From an uncultured Spirochaetota bacterium (lineage in GTDB: Bacteria; Spirochaetota; Spirochaetia; SZUA-6; Fen-1364): a stretch of 64,000 bases of DNA. Both the position numbers and the translations under genes were made by a program. Positions 38,781 through 49,463 of this stretch are shown here, piece after piece; position 1 is the stretch's first letter, and each line of letters begins with the position of its first letter. The stretch spans positions 352,001 through 416,000 of the forward strand of contig CAWAHW010000007.1 of the NCBI GenBank assembly GCA_963781885.1, read 5' to 3'. Below the pieces are notes generated by a model. It saw only the letters and a list, made by a program, of their open reading frames with translations, did no database searches and had not been told where the DNA came from.

Positions 38781-38993
38781 TTACATCTCCACCGTCTCGA
38801 AGGCAAACTTCAGGTGTTCCCTGGCGGGCAAAGAATAATTGAGCTTCTCAAATCCGATCACGCGGCCGTTTTTGTCCTTCATCAAGATGACTTCGTCTCC
38901 GGTCTCTTCGCTCACATACTCTTCCTGGGGATCCCCAAACCAGACAGTCAAAGTGTTGCCGGTTCGATCGTAATATACCTTCAGCTTGTCCAT
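38781..38993 (-). CDS. DUF2283-like protein, putative antitoxin
   Basis: LKVYYDRTGNTLTVWFG...DEVILMKDKNGRVIGFE pattern; overlaps upstream partner. Confidence 0.75.
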   Translation of the reverse strand: MDKLKVYYDRTGNTLTVWFGDPQEEYVSEETGDEVILMKDKNGRVIGFEKLNYSLPAREHLKFAFETVEM

Positions 38994-39305
38994 ATCCGTT
39001 CCCCTTCCTTGAGCGCATCGGTCGGATACGTTGTGACCAGAAACGCATCACCGTTCAACCTTTTGACAACGGCGCAAACCCAACGTCCGAAGCGCTCCGC
39101 ACGATAGAAAAGATACACATTTGCGTCGCTCTTGCTTCGTCGAATCTCATCGGGATGTTTCAGGGCCTCTTGGACATCCGCTTCCCGCCCTTGCATCAGC
39201 CGGGTGCTTGATCGTGACGATCATATGCCAATATTTCGCAGTCACCGACGCGCTGAAACTGAGAGGCGTCGTCACTTTGAAGAGCAAGGCTTCATCAGGC
39301 TTCAT
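38981..39305 (-). CDS. Putative RelE/DUF4258-like toxin, frameshifted near 39200
   Basis: MKPDEALLFKVTTPL...YWHMIVTIKHP joins MQGREADVQEALKHPDEIRRS...FLVTTYPT if one base at 39200-39201 is removed. Confidence 0.65.
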
Positions 39306-40222
39306 AGCATATTGATGCTGGTTACACCTACTCCTATGCCTGCATGCCGTTCATGCGCACGCAGCACCTTGTACAGACCGTGCGTGCCGAGATTCTCCAG
39401 GCCCATGGCCTGCGCGGCGATGTAGAACTGGTTCACCAGGGCAAGGCCGGGCAGGGAGAGCCTCATGGCGCGCGCCTCCTGCAGGGCGATTCCCATGTCC
39501 TTCACGAAGTGCTTGATGTAGAAGCCGGGATTGAAGTCTCCCCCCGCGATGCGCCGGCCCAGGTTGTTGAGCGACCACGAGGAAGCCGCGCCCTTGCCGA
39601 TGATGTCGATCACGGCGGCCATGCCCAGGCCCGCCTTGTGTGCGTAGAGCAGCGATTCCACCGTCCCGATCATTGTTCCCGCGATAGCGATCTGGTTTGC
39701 CATCTTCGTGTGCTGGCCCGCGCCCGGCCCGCCCATGAGCGCGACGGTCTCTCCCATCTTCCTGAAGAGCGGCAGCGCCTTGTCGAATACGGCCTGCTCT
39801 CCGCCCACCATGATGGCGAGCTTTGCCTCGCGCGCTCCCACGTCACCGCCCGAGACGGGCGCATCGAGTGCGGCCACCGAGCGCGCCGCCGCCTCCCTGT
39901 GGATGCGCACCGCGAGGGAAGGCTCGGACGTGCTCATGTCGCAGAGGATCGTGCCGGGCTTCGCGCCGGCCAATATTCCCGCCGGGCCAAGGCATACGTC
40001 CTCCACCTCGGCGGGGAAGCCGACCATGACGAACACGATGTCGCTTGCCGCGGCGACCTCCTTCGGGGTGGGACACCATGCGGCGCCGGCGGCAAGAAGA
40101 TCCGCCGCCTTTTCCCGCGTGCGGGTGGTGAGCGCCACGGCGTGGCCGGCCTTCAGGAGGTGCCCGCACATCGACCTTCCCATGACCCCCGTCCCGATCC
40201 AGCCAACCTTCAATTCCGCCAT
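39302..40222 (-). CDS. NAD(P)-dependent beta-hydroxyacid dehydrogenase (GarR/MmsB family); true stop may be 39334
   Basis: WIGTGVMG, DAPVSGG, GAGQHTKMANQ, F.PGF.IKHFVKDM. Confidence 0.92.
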   Translation of the reverse strand: MAELKVGWIGTGVMGRSMCGHLLKAGHAVALTTRTREKAADLLAAGAAWCPTPKEVAAASDIVFVMVGFPAEVEDVCLGPAGILAGAKPGTILCDMSTSEPSLAVRIHREAAARSVAALDAPVSGGDVGAREAKLAIMVGGEQAVFDKALPLFRKMGETVALMGGPGAGQHTKMANQIAIAGTMIGTVESLLYAHKAGLGMAAVIDIIGKGAASSWSLNNLGRRIAGGDFNPGFYIKHFVKDMGIALQEARAMRLSLPGLALVNQFYIAAQAMGLENLGTHGLYKVLRAHERHAGIGVGVTSINML

Positions 40223-40247
40223 GCCGCGTCCTCTCCGAATCGATCGA

Positions 40248-40976
40248 TCAGAGCTTTTCCAGCGGCTCTTCGGAGTCGCCGAGCTTCATCACCGGACCGC
40301 TGCCCGGCGCCGCCCATCGCACGGCATTCCTGATCACGGTCTGCACCTCTTTCTGGTGATAGGTCGGGAATGTCTCATGACCGGGACGGAAGTAGAAGAT
40401 CCTTCCCTTGCCCCGGGTATAGCAGCATCCGGAGCGGAACACATTGCCGCCGGCAAACCAGCTGATGAGCACCGTGGCGTCCGGCGCGGGCACGTCGAAT
40501 CGCTCGCCGTACATCTCCTCGCGAGGTATTTCGAAGTAGGCACCCAGGCCGTTCACGATGGGATGGCCCGGCTCCACGACCCAGAGGCGCTCCTTCTCTC
40601 CCGCCTCCCGCCAGCGAAGCTGGCAGCTCGTGCCCATGAGCCTGAGAAAGGGCTTGGAAATGTGACCCGAGTGCAGGACGATAAGGCCCATTCCCTCGAG
40701 CACGCGGCGCTGGACCTTCTCCGCGACGTCGTCCCGGACGTCCCCGTGCGCCATATGGCCCCACCAGGTGAGCACGTCCGTACCGGCGAGCACCTCGTCG
40801 GTGAGCCCGTGCTGGGGCTCGTCGAGCGTCGCCGTGCGGACCGTCATGTCGGGTTCGGTCGAGAGCGCGCCGGCAATGGCCCCGTGTATGCCCTTCGGGT
40901 AGATCCGGGCCACCGCGGGATCGCTTTTTTCATGACGGCCTTCGTTCCATACCGTGACCCTGATTTTCGCTGCCAA
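40248..40976 (-). CDS. ThuA (trehalose utilization) domain protein
   Basis: [40 protein letters not shown]. Confidence 0.9.
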   Translation of the reverse strand: MAAKIRVTVWNEGRHEKSDPAVARIYPKGIHGAIAGALSTEPDMTVRTATLDEPQHGLTDEVLAGTDVLTWWGHMAHGDVRDDVAEKVQRRVLEGMGLIVLHSGHISKPFLRLMGTSCQLRWREAGEKERLWVVEPGHPIVNGLGAYFEIPREEMYGERFDVPAPDATVLISWFAGGNVFRSGCCYTRGKGRIFYFRPGHETFPTYHQKEVQTVIRNAVRWAAPGSGPVMKLGDSEEPLEKL

Positions 40977-41157
40977 GGCTTTCTCCTTTCCATCTCAATA
41001 GGGCAAAGGGGTCGCGTGGTCAAGGCGGGCCTGACAGGATTTTTACGCGTTTTTGACATCTCCGTGACGCGGGACCCCGGCGAATCGCTACAATGGAGCT
41101 CATCGCGGCGCGGACAACGCGCGCATTTCCTGTTACGATGAAAAGGGTGGCGCAGAG

Positions 41158-43320
41158 GTGAGGTCCCGGTCCCTGGGAATTGTATTCGTTGCCGCTGTCA
41201 TCGTGCCCAGCATCCTGCTGGCCGTGCTCGCCGTACGGTCCGCGGGCCGTGAGGAAGCCTTTATCGAGCGCCAGCTCGCCGCCGCCCTCGACGCGGACGT
41301 GACGCATACGGCCGCACTCGCACTCTCGGAGGTGGATGCCGTCACCAAAGAGCTTGCCGCGGGCGTCGACGTGCCGGCGGGCGCGGACTATGCACGCATC
41401 CTCACGGCATGGAAGAAGTCCCAGCCTCTCGTTTCCGTTCCCTTCCTGCTTTCGCCCGGGTACAGGATACTCTGGCCGTCTTCCGCCGCATCCCTGGACG
41501 CGGACCAGAAGCGCTTCCTTCAGGAAAACGGCGATTTTCTCAACGACAAGAACGCGACCACGGTGCTTCAGAACATAGCCGTCCGCTACCAGGCGGAGAT
41601 ACTCGCCGAAACGGCCCGCACCCAGGCGCCTGTCCCAGAGGTTTCCACCACGCGCGCCTCCGGAGCGGCCGCGGGCGAGGCGCCGCCTGCCGGCGTGGCG
41701 GAGCAGGACCTGGCTGTCGATCGCAGCGCACCGGCCACCGCGGGCGTCTCCGCTCCCGCTTCCGCTCAGAGCCCCGCACCGGGCGCCGCGCGCCAGGTCG
41801 CAATCGATGCATTTGCCCAGAGCGCCGACATCCAGAGCAAGGTGTACGCACTCGCGCGCGAGAATGGCGACACGGTGAGCCCGCGAAACGTGCAGCCGAC
41901 CGTGGAGGTTGCACAGGGCACGCCGGCCGCGCAGAGCCGGGACGTCGTTTCCGCGGCGCCCGCGGCTCCTGCCGATAACGAAGCCGGTACCGCACCGGAC
42001 GTCTTGAGGAAGGACACGGCCAAGGTCTCAGAAGCGCCGCAAGTGCCCGAGTCGTTGAATGCCCGGCTCGCCGCGAATGTGGAAAAGGCGCCCGCGGGGG
42101 TTCGCAAGGAGGCCGTGCAAACCGCTGCCCCGGCTTCTCAGTACGTCATCACGTCGCAACTCCTGAGCCAGATCGCCTCCACGACGGACCACGGTCTCAT
42201 CCCGCGCTTCATCGGGGAGAAGCTCGTCTTCCTTTTCTGGGAGCGCGAGAAGGACGGGAGGATTGCAGGCTGCCAGCTTGCGGGGGAAAGCTTCCGCGCC
42301 CGCATCCGCGGCATCCTTACCGCCACCTATACGCCGCAGCGCATCCTCACGCTGCTGGACGAGAACGGGGCGCCGCTCGCCTCGCCCCCGAACGTGACGG
42401 CGCTCGACTGGCATCGGCCCTTCGTTTCCGAACCTGTGGGCGAGAGTCTGCCCCGGTGGGAGGCCGCCGCCTGGCTCACGACGCCGCAGTCCATCACGGA
42501 CCAGGCGCGCACGTCGTCCATCGTCATCTGGATTCTCGTGGCGATCCTTTTCGTGTCTGTTGCCGGCGGCGGGACAATGGTGCTGTCTTCGGTTACCGCC
42601 GAGATGCGGCTGGCGCAGAAGAAGGCCACGTTCGTCACGAATGTCTCCCACGAGCTGAAGACGCCCCTCACCTCCATCAGCCTTTTCGTCGAGCTTCTGC
42701 GCGGGAAGCGGGCCGTCGCGCCGGCGAAACGGGAGCAGTATCTGTCGCTGATGGCCTCTGAAACGGAGCGCCTCACCCGGCTCATCAACAACGTGCTGGA
42801 CTTCTCCTCCCTGGACCGGGGAGCGAAGCGGTACGACCTGCGTGTAGTCGATGCCGCCGAGGTCGCGGAGGCCGTGGTGGAGAGTCAGAGGGTGCGGTTG
42901 GAGAGCCGCGGCTTCTCGGTGACATTCCTGTCGGGCGCTTCGGATCTGGCCGTGCGCGCGGACCCCGAAGCGCTCAAGCAGGTGCTCCTGAACCTGCTTG
43001 CGAACGCGGAGAAATATACGGCGGACCGCAGGGAGATAGGCGTGCACGTGGAGGCGGGTCGGGAAAGGGTCGTGCGCATGCACGTCTTTGACCGGGGCAT
43101 CGGGGTGGCCGAGAAGGATCGGGAGCGCATCTTTCGCGAGTTCTACCGGGTGAATGATTCGCTTGCAAGCGGCGTGCAGGGCACGGGGCTGGGACTGACC
43201 ATCGCGCGCAGGATCGCCCGTGACCTGGGCGGCGATGTCACCTGCGCGCCCCGTGATGGCGGTGGAAGCGATTTCATCGTATCCCTTCCCCCTGCGCAGG
43301 CTGCACAGGAGGACGCATGA
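41158..43320 (+). CDS. Sensor histidine kinase
   Basis: Two TMs, FVTNVSHELKTPL, NLLANAEKY, DRGIG, GTGLGL. Confidence 0.95.
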   Translation: MRSRSLGIVFVAAVIVPSILLAVLAVRSAGREEAFIERQLAAALDADVTHTAALALSEVDAVTKELAAGVDVPAGADYARILTAWKKSQPLVSVPFLLSPGYRILWPSSAASLDADQKRFLQENGDFLNDKNATTVLQNIAVRYQAEILAETARTQAPVPEVSTTRASGAAAGEAPPAGVAEQDLAVDRSAPATAGVSAPASAQSPAPGAARQVAIDAFAQSADIQSKVYALARENGDTVSPRNVQPTVEVAQGTPAAQSRDVVSAAPAAPADNEAGTAPDVLRKDTAKVSEAPQVPESLNARLAANVEKAPAGVRKEAVQTAAPASQYVITSQLLSQIASTTDHGLIPRFIGEKLVFLFWEREKDGRIAGCQLAGESFRARIRGILTATYTPQRILTLLDENGAPLASPPNVTALDWHRPFVSEPVGESLPRWEAAAWLTTPQSITDQARTSSIVIWILVAILFVSVAGGGTMVLSSVTAEMRLAQKKATFVTNVSHELKTPLTSISLFVELLRGKRAVAPAKREQYLSLMASETERLTRLINNVLDFSSLDRGAKRYDLRVVDAAEVAEAVVESQRVRLESRGFSVTFLSGASDLAVRADPEALKQVLLNLLANAEKYTADRREIGVHVEAGRERVVRMHVFDRGIGVAEKDRERIFREFYRVNDSLASGVQGTGLGLTIARRIARDLGGDVTCAPRDGGGSDFIVSLPPAQAAQEDA

Positions 43321-44015
43321 AGCAGCGGATACTCGTGGTGGAAGACGACCCGGCAATCCTGACGGGGCTCGTGGATCTGCTGGAAGGGGAGGGGTACGTC
43401 GTCATCCAGGCGGTGGACGGCAACGCGGCTCTTGCCCGTCATGGCGAGGGAGCGCCCGACCTCATCCTCCTGGACGTGATGATCCCCGGAAAAAGCGGCT
43501 ACGACGTCTGCCGTGAGATCAGGCGCAAGGACCCGGTCACGCCCGTCATCATGCTCACCGCCAAGGGTGAAGAGGTGGACCGGGTCGTGGGTCTTGAGCT
43601 GGGCGCCGACGACTACGTGGTGAAACCCTTCGGCGCGAGTGAGCTCATGGCGCGCATCCGGGCCGTGATGCGCCGCGGGCGGCCGAGAAAATCCAGCCGC
43701 GACGAAGCGCCGCTTTCCTTCGGGGACGTGACGGTGGATCCCCGCACCATGAAGGGGAAAAAGGCGGGCGCTGCCTTTGCCGTGAGCCGGCGGGAGCTTG
43801 CGCTGCTGCAGATCTTCGTCTCCCGCGAAGGGGAGGCCCTGGACAGATTCACGCTCATGGACGAGGTATGGGGCGTCCGCTATGAAGGCACGACGCGCAC
43901 CCTGGACCAGCACATCGCGGGGCTGCGCAAGAAGATTGAAGACGACCCGGCCGCACCGCGCTACATCACGACCGTGCACGGCACGGGGTATCGGTTCACG
44001 GCCAGCCCACCCTAG
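43317..44015 (+). CDS. OmpR-family response regulator
   Basis: VVEDD, LLDVMIP, MLTAK, GADDYVVKPF, TRTLDQHI, TVHGTGYRF. Confidence 0.96.
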   Translation: MKQRILVVEDDPAILTGLVDLLEGEGYVVIQAVDGNAALARHGEGAPDLILLDVMIPGKSGYDVCREIRRKDPVTPVIMLTAKGEEVDRVVGLELGADDYVVKPFGASELMARIRAVMRRGRPRKSSRDEAPLSFGDVTVDPRTMKGKKAGAAFAVSRRELALLQIFVSREGEALDRFTLMDEVWGVRYEGTTRTLDQHIAGLRKKIEDDPAAPRYITTVHGTGYRFTASPP

Positions 44016-44190
44016 GCGCGCAGGAACGTCGCGCGGAGGCCTCGCGCGGCCAGCGCGATCTCAATCCCCCTTGGGTTTTTATTCCGCATTGACGGATGTA
44101 GTCATTTCTGACTACTTGTCGTACATCTGCCCCGGTGCCCATTGTTGAGACGCCGTTGCGGACGTGCGCGGAGCGCCGCCCCTGTTCCGT

Positions 44191-46653
44191 TCAGACCCCC
44201 CGCGCGTTTCTCCGCAGCATCTCAGGTGTTCCCTGCTCCGTTGTCGGTGAGTGCCCGTTCAGGGGCAGGACGCGCTCGTGGATGGTGTCGAGGATCCATT
44301 CCTTCTGGGGGAAGAATGCCTCTTCCATCTCCGCGCACGGCGTGATCCAGTTGCGGGCGCCCACGACTGCCACGGGCGCATCGAGTGAATCGAAGGCCAT
44401 CTGCGAGATATTCGATGCCATGGTATGGAGGAACGACCCGCGCTCGCACGCGTCTGAGGCAAGCACGCAGCGGCCGGTCTTGCGCACGGAGGCCAGGATC
44501 TTTTCATAGCGCAGCGGATTGATGAAGCGCGCGTCGATCACCTCGGCGGTGAGGCCGTACTTTGACGACAGCACGTCCGCCGCCTGCAGCGCCTTGTAGA
44601 GCGTGGCGCCGATCGTGACGATCGTGATGTCCTTGCCTTCGCGGCGAATTGCCGGCTCGCCTTCCTCCACCTCGTAGTAGCCCTCGGGAACGCCGCCGGG
44701 GACGAACTGCTCCCCGAGGTCGTAGACACGCTGGCTTTCCAGGAAGACGACCGGATCCGTGCCGCGCAGTGCAAGGTTCAGCATGCCCTTTGCGTCGTAG
44801 GGGGTCACGGGGAACATCACCTTGAGGCCGGGCAGGTGCGCCACGAGCGACGACCAATCCTGCGAATGCTGGGCACCGTACTTGCTGCCCACGGAGACGC
44901 GCAGGACGAGCGGCATCGAAAGCACGCCTGCCGACATCGCCTGCCATTTGCAGACCTGGTTGAACACCTCGTCGCCGGACCTGCCCAGGAAGTCGCAATA
45001 CATCAACTCGGGCACGACGCGGCCGCCGCACAGGGCATAGCCGACCGCGGCGCCGACGATGGCGCCTTCCGATATCGACGTGTTGAAGAGCCGATTGTAG
45101 GGCAGCGCCTCGGTGAGGCCGCGGTAGACAGAGAATGCGCCGCCCCAGTCCCGGTTCTCCTCGCCGAAGGCCACCATCGTGGGGTCGATGGAGAAGCGAT
45201 GGAGCATTGCTTCGAAGAGCGCATCGCGCAACGCGATGATCTGCGACTTGGGAAGCGGCTTGCCGTCGGGGCCGATGCCGGACCGCGACTTGCGCGCGTT
45301 TGCCAGCACCCGCGGGTTCTGCGCGACGGGAAGGAGCATCTCTGCGGGCCGATCGTCCATCTTTTCCACGTTGCCGTTGGAGAACATCAGGTCGCCGATG
45401 GTATCCGTGGCGAGGCGGATGCGCGGGGAGATCTGCAGGGAGACAGCAAGCTCCGTGATGCGCTTCATGCGCACCTCCGCGGCCTGACGGATTCCCGCCA
45501 GCTCGTCCGCGGTGGTGATCTTCGCCGTCACCAGATCATCGCCAAAGCTCTTGATGCAGTCCACGTCCTGCCAGAGCGCCACCTCCTCCTTCGTGCGGTA
45601 GGAGGACGCGTCGGACGGCGAATGCCCCGAGTACCGGTAGGTGACGATGTCCAGCAGCACCGGGCCGCGGCCTTCCAGAAGGATCTTGCGTTTGCGCTCG
45701 ATCGCGTCAGAGACCGCGAGCGGGTTGTACCCGTCAACGCGCTCGGCGTGCATCTGGTCAGGGTTCACACCCGCGCCGATGCGCGCGAGCACCCTGAAGC
45801 CCATGGTCTCTCCCATGGTCTGGCCGCCCATCCCATAGAAGTTGTTGAAGAAGCTGAAGATGATCGGGGGCGCGCCGCCGCACTCCTTCGGCCACAGCGT
45901 CCGGTACTGGTCCATGGCCGCGATCATCATCGCTTCCCAAACCGGGCCGCACGCGGAGGAGCCGTCGCCGATATTGGCCATGACGATGCCGGGCTTGCGG
46001 TTGATGCGCTTGTACAGCGCCGCACCCACGGCGATGTCCGCCGACCCGCCCACGATCGCATTGTTCGGCATGCTGCCGAACGGTGCGAAAAACGCGTGCA
46101 TGGAGCCGCCCATGCCCTTGTTGAAGCCGTTCTCGCGGCCGAAGATTTCCGCCAGGACGCCGTAGAGAATAAAGTCGACTGCAAGGTCGGCCGGAGAGCC
46201 ACCGGCGCCCTTCTCCACGACATGCAACAGCGCGCCGTTGAAATAGTCCTTCATGATGGAAGAAACCTGCTCCGCCGGCAGGCGCGCGGCAGCGGAAAGA
46301 CACTTGGCAATGATCTCGCCGTGGCTGCGGTGCGACCCGAAGACAAAGTCGTCGATGCCCAGCCGCATGCACTGGCCGACCACGGTGGATTCCTGGCCGA
46401 TGGACAGGTGCGCGGGCCCGAGGTGATCGTAGGCAATGCCCTGGTAGGCGCCCTTAGTCTTCACGAGGTTGAGCATGGTCTCGAACTCGCGGATGAGGAC
46501 CATGTCCCGATAGGCGCGCACGAGCGCTTCCTTCCCATGCACCTTGAGCTCCCGCTTCATGTCGGGGGCATAGGCGTTCAGCGGAATGTCCGTGAAGGAC
46601 AAACTGCCCGGTTTTCTGTTCTCGCGCGGGTCTATGACGATTGATTTCGGCAT
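44191..46653 (-). CDS. Fused E1 alpha/beta 2-oxoacid (acetoin/pyruvate-type) dehydrogenase
   Basis: HLSIGQE, HRSHG, GGSMH, GDG...NN TPP motif, [21 protein letters not shown]. Confidence 0.9.
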   Translation of the reverse strand: MPKSIVIDPRENRKPGSLSFTDIPLNAYAPDMKRELKVHGKEALVRAYRDMVLIREFETMLNLVKTKGAYQGIAYDHLGPAHLSIGQESTVVGQCMRLGIDDFVFGSHRSHGEIIAKCLSAAARLPAEQVSSIMKDYFNGALLHVVEKGAGGSPADLAVDFILYGVLAEIFGRENGFNKGMGGSMHAFFAPFGSMPNNAIVGGSADIAVGAALYKRINRKPGIVMANIGDGSSACGPVWEAMMIAAMDQYRTLWPKECGGAPPIIFSFFNNFYGMGGQTMGETMGFRVLARIGAGVNPDQMHAERVDGYNPLAVSDAIERKRKILLEGRGPVLLDIVTYRYSGHSPSDASSYRTKEEVALWQDVDCIKSFGDDLVTAKITTADELAGIRQAAEVRMKRITELAVSLQISPRIRLATDTIGDLMFSNGNVEKMDDRPAEMLLPVAQNPRVLANARKSRSGIGPDGKPLPKSQIIALRDALFEAMLHRFSIDPTMVAFGEENRDWGGAFSVYRGLTEALPYNRLFNTSISEGAIVGAAVGYALCGGRVVPELMYCDFLGRSGDEVFNQVCKWQAMSAGVLSMPLVLRVSVGSKYGAQHSQDWSSLVAHLPGLKVMFPVTPYDAKGMLNLALRGTDPVVFLESQRVYDLGEQFVPGGVPEGYYEVEEGEPAIRREGKDITIVTIGATLYKALQAADVLSSKYGLTAEVIDARFINPLRYEKILASVRKTGRCVLASDACERGSFLHTMASNISQMAFDSLDAPVAVVGARNWITPCAEMEEAFFPQKEWILDTIHERVLPLNGHSPTTEQGTPEMLRRNARGV

Positions 46654-46688
46654 GTCTATACTCTCCGATCTGCGGGTAAACGATGACT

Positions 46689-47927
46689 CTATCGGGCCAG
46701 GAGCAGGTCGAAGCCTGCGATATCGGCAGACAGGGTCTGCAGGAATCGCGCCCCGGGGCGCCGTCCACCACCTGGTGGTTGATTGTAAGCGAAAGCCCGA
46801 TCTGGGGCACGAAGCTCACGCTGCCGTCCGCGGCAAGTCGCCGGTCCCGGCACGATGGCGCACACGCCGAGGATGGCCACCTGCGGCGCGTTGAGCACGG
46901 GCGTGAAGCTTTGCACGCCGAATGCCCCGAGGTTGGTGAGCGTGAAGGTGCCTCCCGACAGCTCGTCCGGCGTGATGCCGCCGTTGCGGCATCCGTCGAT
47001 GAGCCGCGTGGCCTCGCGTGCGATGTCCCGCAGGCTGCGGGTATCGGCGTTCCTGATCACCGGCACCATGAGGCCTTTCTGCGTGTCCACGGCGAATCCA
47101 AGGTGCACGGAGGCATACTGCTTCAGGGTGTCGCCGACATACAGCGCGTTGACCTCGGGGTGGCGCGCCGCCGCGCGCGCTGCGGCGAAGAGCATCATGT
47201 CGTTGATCGTGATGGCGCGCAGACCCATGGACTCGGGGCTCGTCTTGAATCGCGCCCGCAGCGCCTGGAGCGCGCGGGCGTCCGCTGCCACGTTGAGCGT
47301 GAGCTGCGCCGTGCTCTGGAGCGAGGCGATCATGCGGTCCGAGATGAGCTTGCGAATGCCGGAGACCTTCACCTCCCGCACGTCGCCGGGAGCGAATGCC
47401 GCGGGTGCTGCGGCGGGCGCGGCCCTCCCGGCCGGCGCGCCTGCAACGTCGCGTTCGATGATGCGTCCGCCAGGGCCCGTGCCTTTCAGGCCGTCCAGGG
47501 CCACGCCGCGGGCCGCCGCAAGCGCTCTTGCGCGCGGGGAGGCCATGATCTTGCCGGAAGGGGTGCGCGGCGCAGGGCCGGTTTCGCGCGCCCCGGAAGC
47601 CGGCGCCGGAGCGGCAGGAGCTTGTGCTGTCGTGACAGGGGCCGACGGCGCACCAGGAGCGGCGCCGCGCAGCGACTCGAACGACTCGCCCGGACTTCCT
47701 ATCGCGGCAATAGGAGCAAGGACCGGAACGTCAGCTCCTGCCTCGTGGAATATCCCCAGGAGCGTGCCCGACGCCGGGGACTCCACTTCGAATGTCGCCT
47801 TGTCGGTCTCCACCTCGCAGATGACTTCACCGGTCTTCACCGTGTCACCCGGCCGCTTTTTCCACCCCACGATGATGCACGATTCGACTGACTGACCCTG
47901 TTTGGGCATGATGACAACGCTTGCCAT
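46689..47927 (-). CDS. Dihydrolipoamide acyltransferase E2; two compensating frameshifts near the 3' end
   Basis: EVETDKA lipoyl motif, ASPRAR...[18 protein letters not shown]; catalytic [14 protein letters not shown] lies in another frame between about 46755 and 46836. Confidence 0.9.
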   Translation of the reverse strand: MASVVIMPKQGQSVESCIIVGWKKRPGDTVKTGEVICEVETDKATFEVESPASGTLLGIFHEAGADVPVLAPIAAIGSPGESFESLRGAAPGAPSAPVTTAQAPAAPAPASGARETGPAPRTPSGKIMASPRARALAAARGVALDGLKGTGPGGRIIERDVAGAPAGRAAPAAAPAAFAPGDVREVKVSGIRKLISDRMIASLQSTAQLTLNVAADARALQALRARFKTSPESMGLRAITINDMMLFAAARAAARHPEVNALYVGDTLKQYASVHLGFAVDTQKGLMVPVIRNADTRSLRDIAREATRLIDGCRNGGITPDELSGGTFTLTNLGAFGVQSFTPVLNAPQVAILGVCAIVPGPATCRGRQRELRAPDRAFAYNQPPGGGRRPGARFLQTLSADIAGFDLLLAR

Positions 47928-48172
47928 GACGAAATCACAATAGGTTTGCCCACCCTGAATGTCAATACAAGCCGCAGCATTGAAAAGGCGCAAAGATCGC
48001 GCTGCTCAGAGGCTGCTTCATTTTTGGAGGAGGCTTCGCCAATGATGGGAGCCTGTCGGCGCCCGGGGCTTTTTTTGCCCCGGTGGCTCCCACGGTCTTC
48101 CTGTCCCCGCTCAACTCTTGACCCCGAAAAGACGAACATGGTACTGTACACACTCCGACAGGACAGGTGACG

Positions 48173-48484
48173 ATGGCCGAAAGCCGCGATCTGCAATCGC
48201 TCGACGACGATTTCTCACCAGACAAGATCTATTGCGCGAACTGCATCCACTGCAAGCTCGTGAAGCACGCTACCGGCAGCGCCTCCCAGTACCAGCTGCG
48301 CGTACGCTGCGATGCGGGCAAGTGGAAAAAGAAGCTCGGCGAGGAAAAGATCTACAAGTACTTCACGGTGATTCGCCGGACGCTGGACTCCTGCGACGCA
48401 TATGAGCCCATGGGTGACGTCGAGCTTTTCCTGAAGGAGCTGCGGAAAAACCTCCCCATCCGGGACGAGCTCTATTCGATCTGA
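48173..48484 (+). CDS. Small Cys-rich hypothetical protein
   Basis: YCANCIHCK...RVRC...SCDAY; TTGACC-18-TACTGT promoter upstream. Confidence 0.75.
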   Translation: MAESRDLQSLDDDFSPDKIYCANCIHCKLVKHATGSASQYQLRVRCDAGKWKKKLGEEKIYKYFTVIRRTLDSCDAYEPMGDVELFLKELRKNLPIRDELYSI

Positions 48485-48498
48485 CGGAACGAGAGATC

Positions 48499-48906
48499 AT
48501 GAAGAAGAAGATGATTTTCATGCTGTGCGTCGCGGGGGCAGCGGCCGTCCTCCTTCTCAGTGGATGCGTGTCGAAGCCGCCGGTCATCCCCGACAATCTC
48601 TCCGTGACCGAGATCTTCCAGCGGGCGCAGGACGCGGAGGACAAGAACGACTACTCCCTGGCCATCACGTACTACGAGCTCACCGCGAAGAGCTACCCCA
48701 CTGACGTCAACCATATCACCTGGGCGTCCTACGAGATCGCGTTCCTCTATCACAAGATGGGGAAGAACGACACCGCCCTCTCACTCATCAATGACCTGCT
48801 GGGCCGCTACGCCGCCGATCAGGGCAACACCCTTCCCGCCGCGCCGCGCGTGCTGGCGGAGAAGCTGAAGACCCGTCTGGAAGCATTGATCCCCAAGAAA
48901 CCGTGA
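48499..48906 (+). CDS. TPR-like lipoprotein
   Basis: LLLSGC lipobox, helical repeats, ASYEIAFLYHK. Confidence 0.75.
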   Translation: MKKKMIFMLCVAGAAAVLLLSGCVSKPPVIPDNLSVTEIFQRAQDAEDKNDYSLAITYYELTAKSYPTDVNHITWASYEIAFLYHKMGKNDTALSLINDLLGRYAADQGNTLPAAPRVLAEKLKTRLEALIPKKP

Positions 48907-49463
48907 CGCAGTATCGGTTCTGTCCCGTCTGCGGCGGCCGCCTGGATAGAGAACACCAGGCGGTGCCGGGACTGAGCATGCTCGCGTGCACGTCGTGCCG
49001 CTTCGAGTTCTGGCAGAACTCGAAGCCCGCGGTCGGCGCATTTATCGTGCGGTCAATCGACGGAAAGCCCGCCGTCCTCCTGACGCGACGCGGCATCGAC
49101 CCCTACAAGGGAATGTGGGACACGCCGGGCGGATACCTGGAAAACGGCGAGCACCCCGAGGCGGGACTTGCGCGCGAGCTGCGGGAAGAGCTGGGCGCGG
49201 CGATTGCCCGCCCGCGCCTGCTCACCATCGCCATCGAAGAGTACCCCCGGGAGGACGTTGCGGAAGAGGCGCGCTTCGTGTTTTCGCTTTACTATCGATG
49301 CGACATCGTCGGCGACGGGCCGCTCGTGCCTGCCGACGACGTCGTGGAGGCTGCCTGGTTTCCGCTTCACGTCACCCTGCCGCGGATTGCTTTTCCCGGC
49401 GCGGCGCGCGCCTTCGAGGACCTGGTGCGCTCCATCAAGAACCCGGGAGACCCCTCAGGCTGA
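48903..49463 (+). CDS. NUDIX hydrolase with zinc ribbon
   Basis: FCPVCG...CTSC, PGGYLENGEHPEAGLARELREE. Confidence 0.88.
   Translation: MTQYRFCPVCGGRLDREHQAVPGLSMLACTSCRFEFWQNSKPAVGAFIVRSIDGKPAVLLTRRGIDPYKGMWDTPGGYLENGEHPEAGLARELREELGAAIARPRLLTIAIEEYPREDVAEEARFVFSLYYRCDIVGDGPLVPADDVVEAAWFPLHVTLPRIAFPGAARAFEDLVRSIKNPGDPSG

Noticed and set aside
48047-48091. Hairpin GGGAGCC...CCGGGGC-T7-GCCCCGG...GGCTCCC as terminator or ncRNA
   Set aside because: Lies between divergent promoters with the T-run in the loop; no function can be supported
48227-48256. Radical SAM or heme c motif in CANCIHC
   Set aside because: Spacing is CxxCxxC, not CxxxCxxC or CxxCH, and the protein is too short
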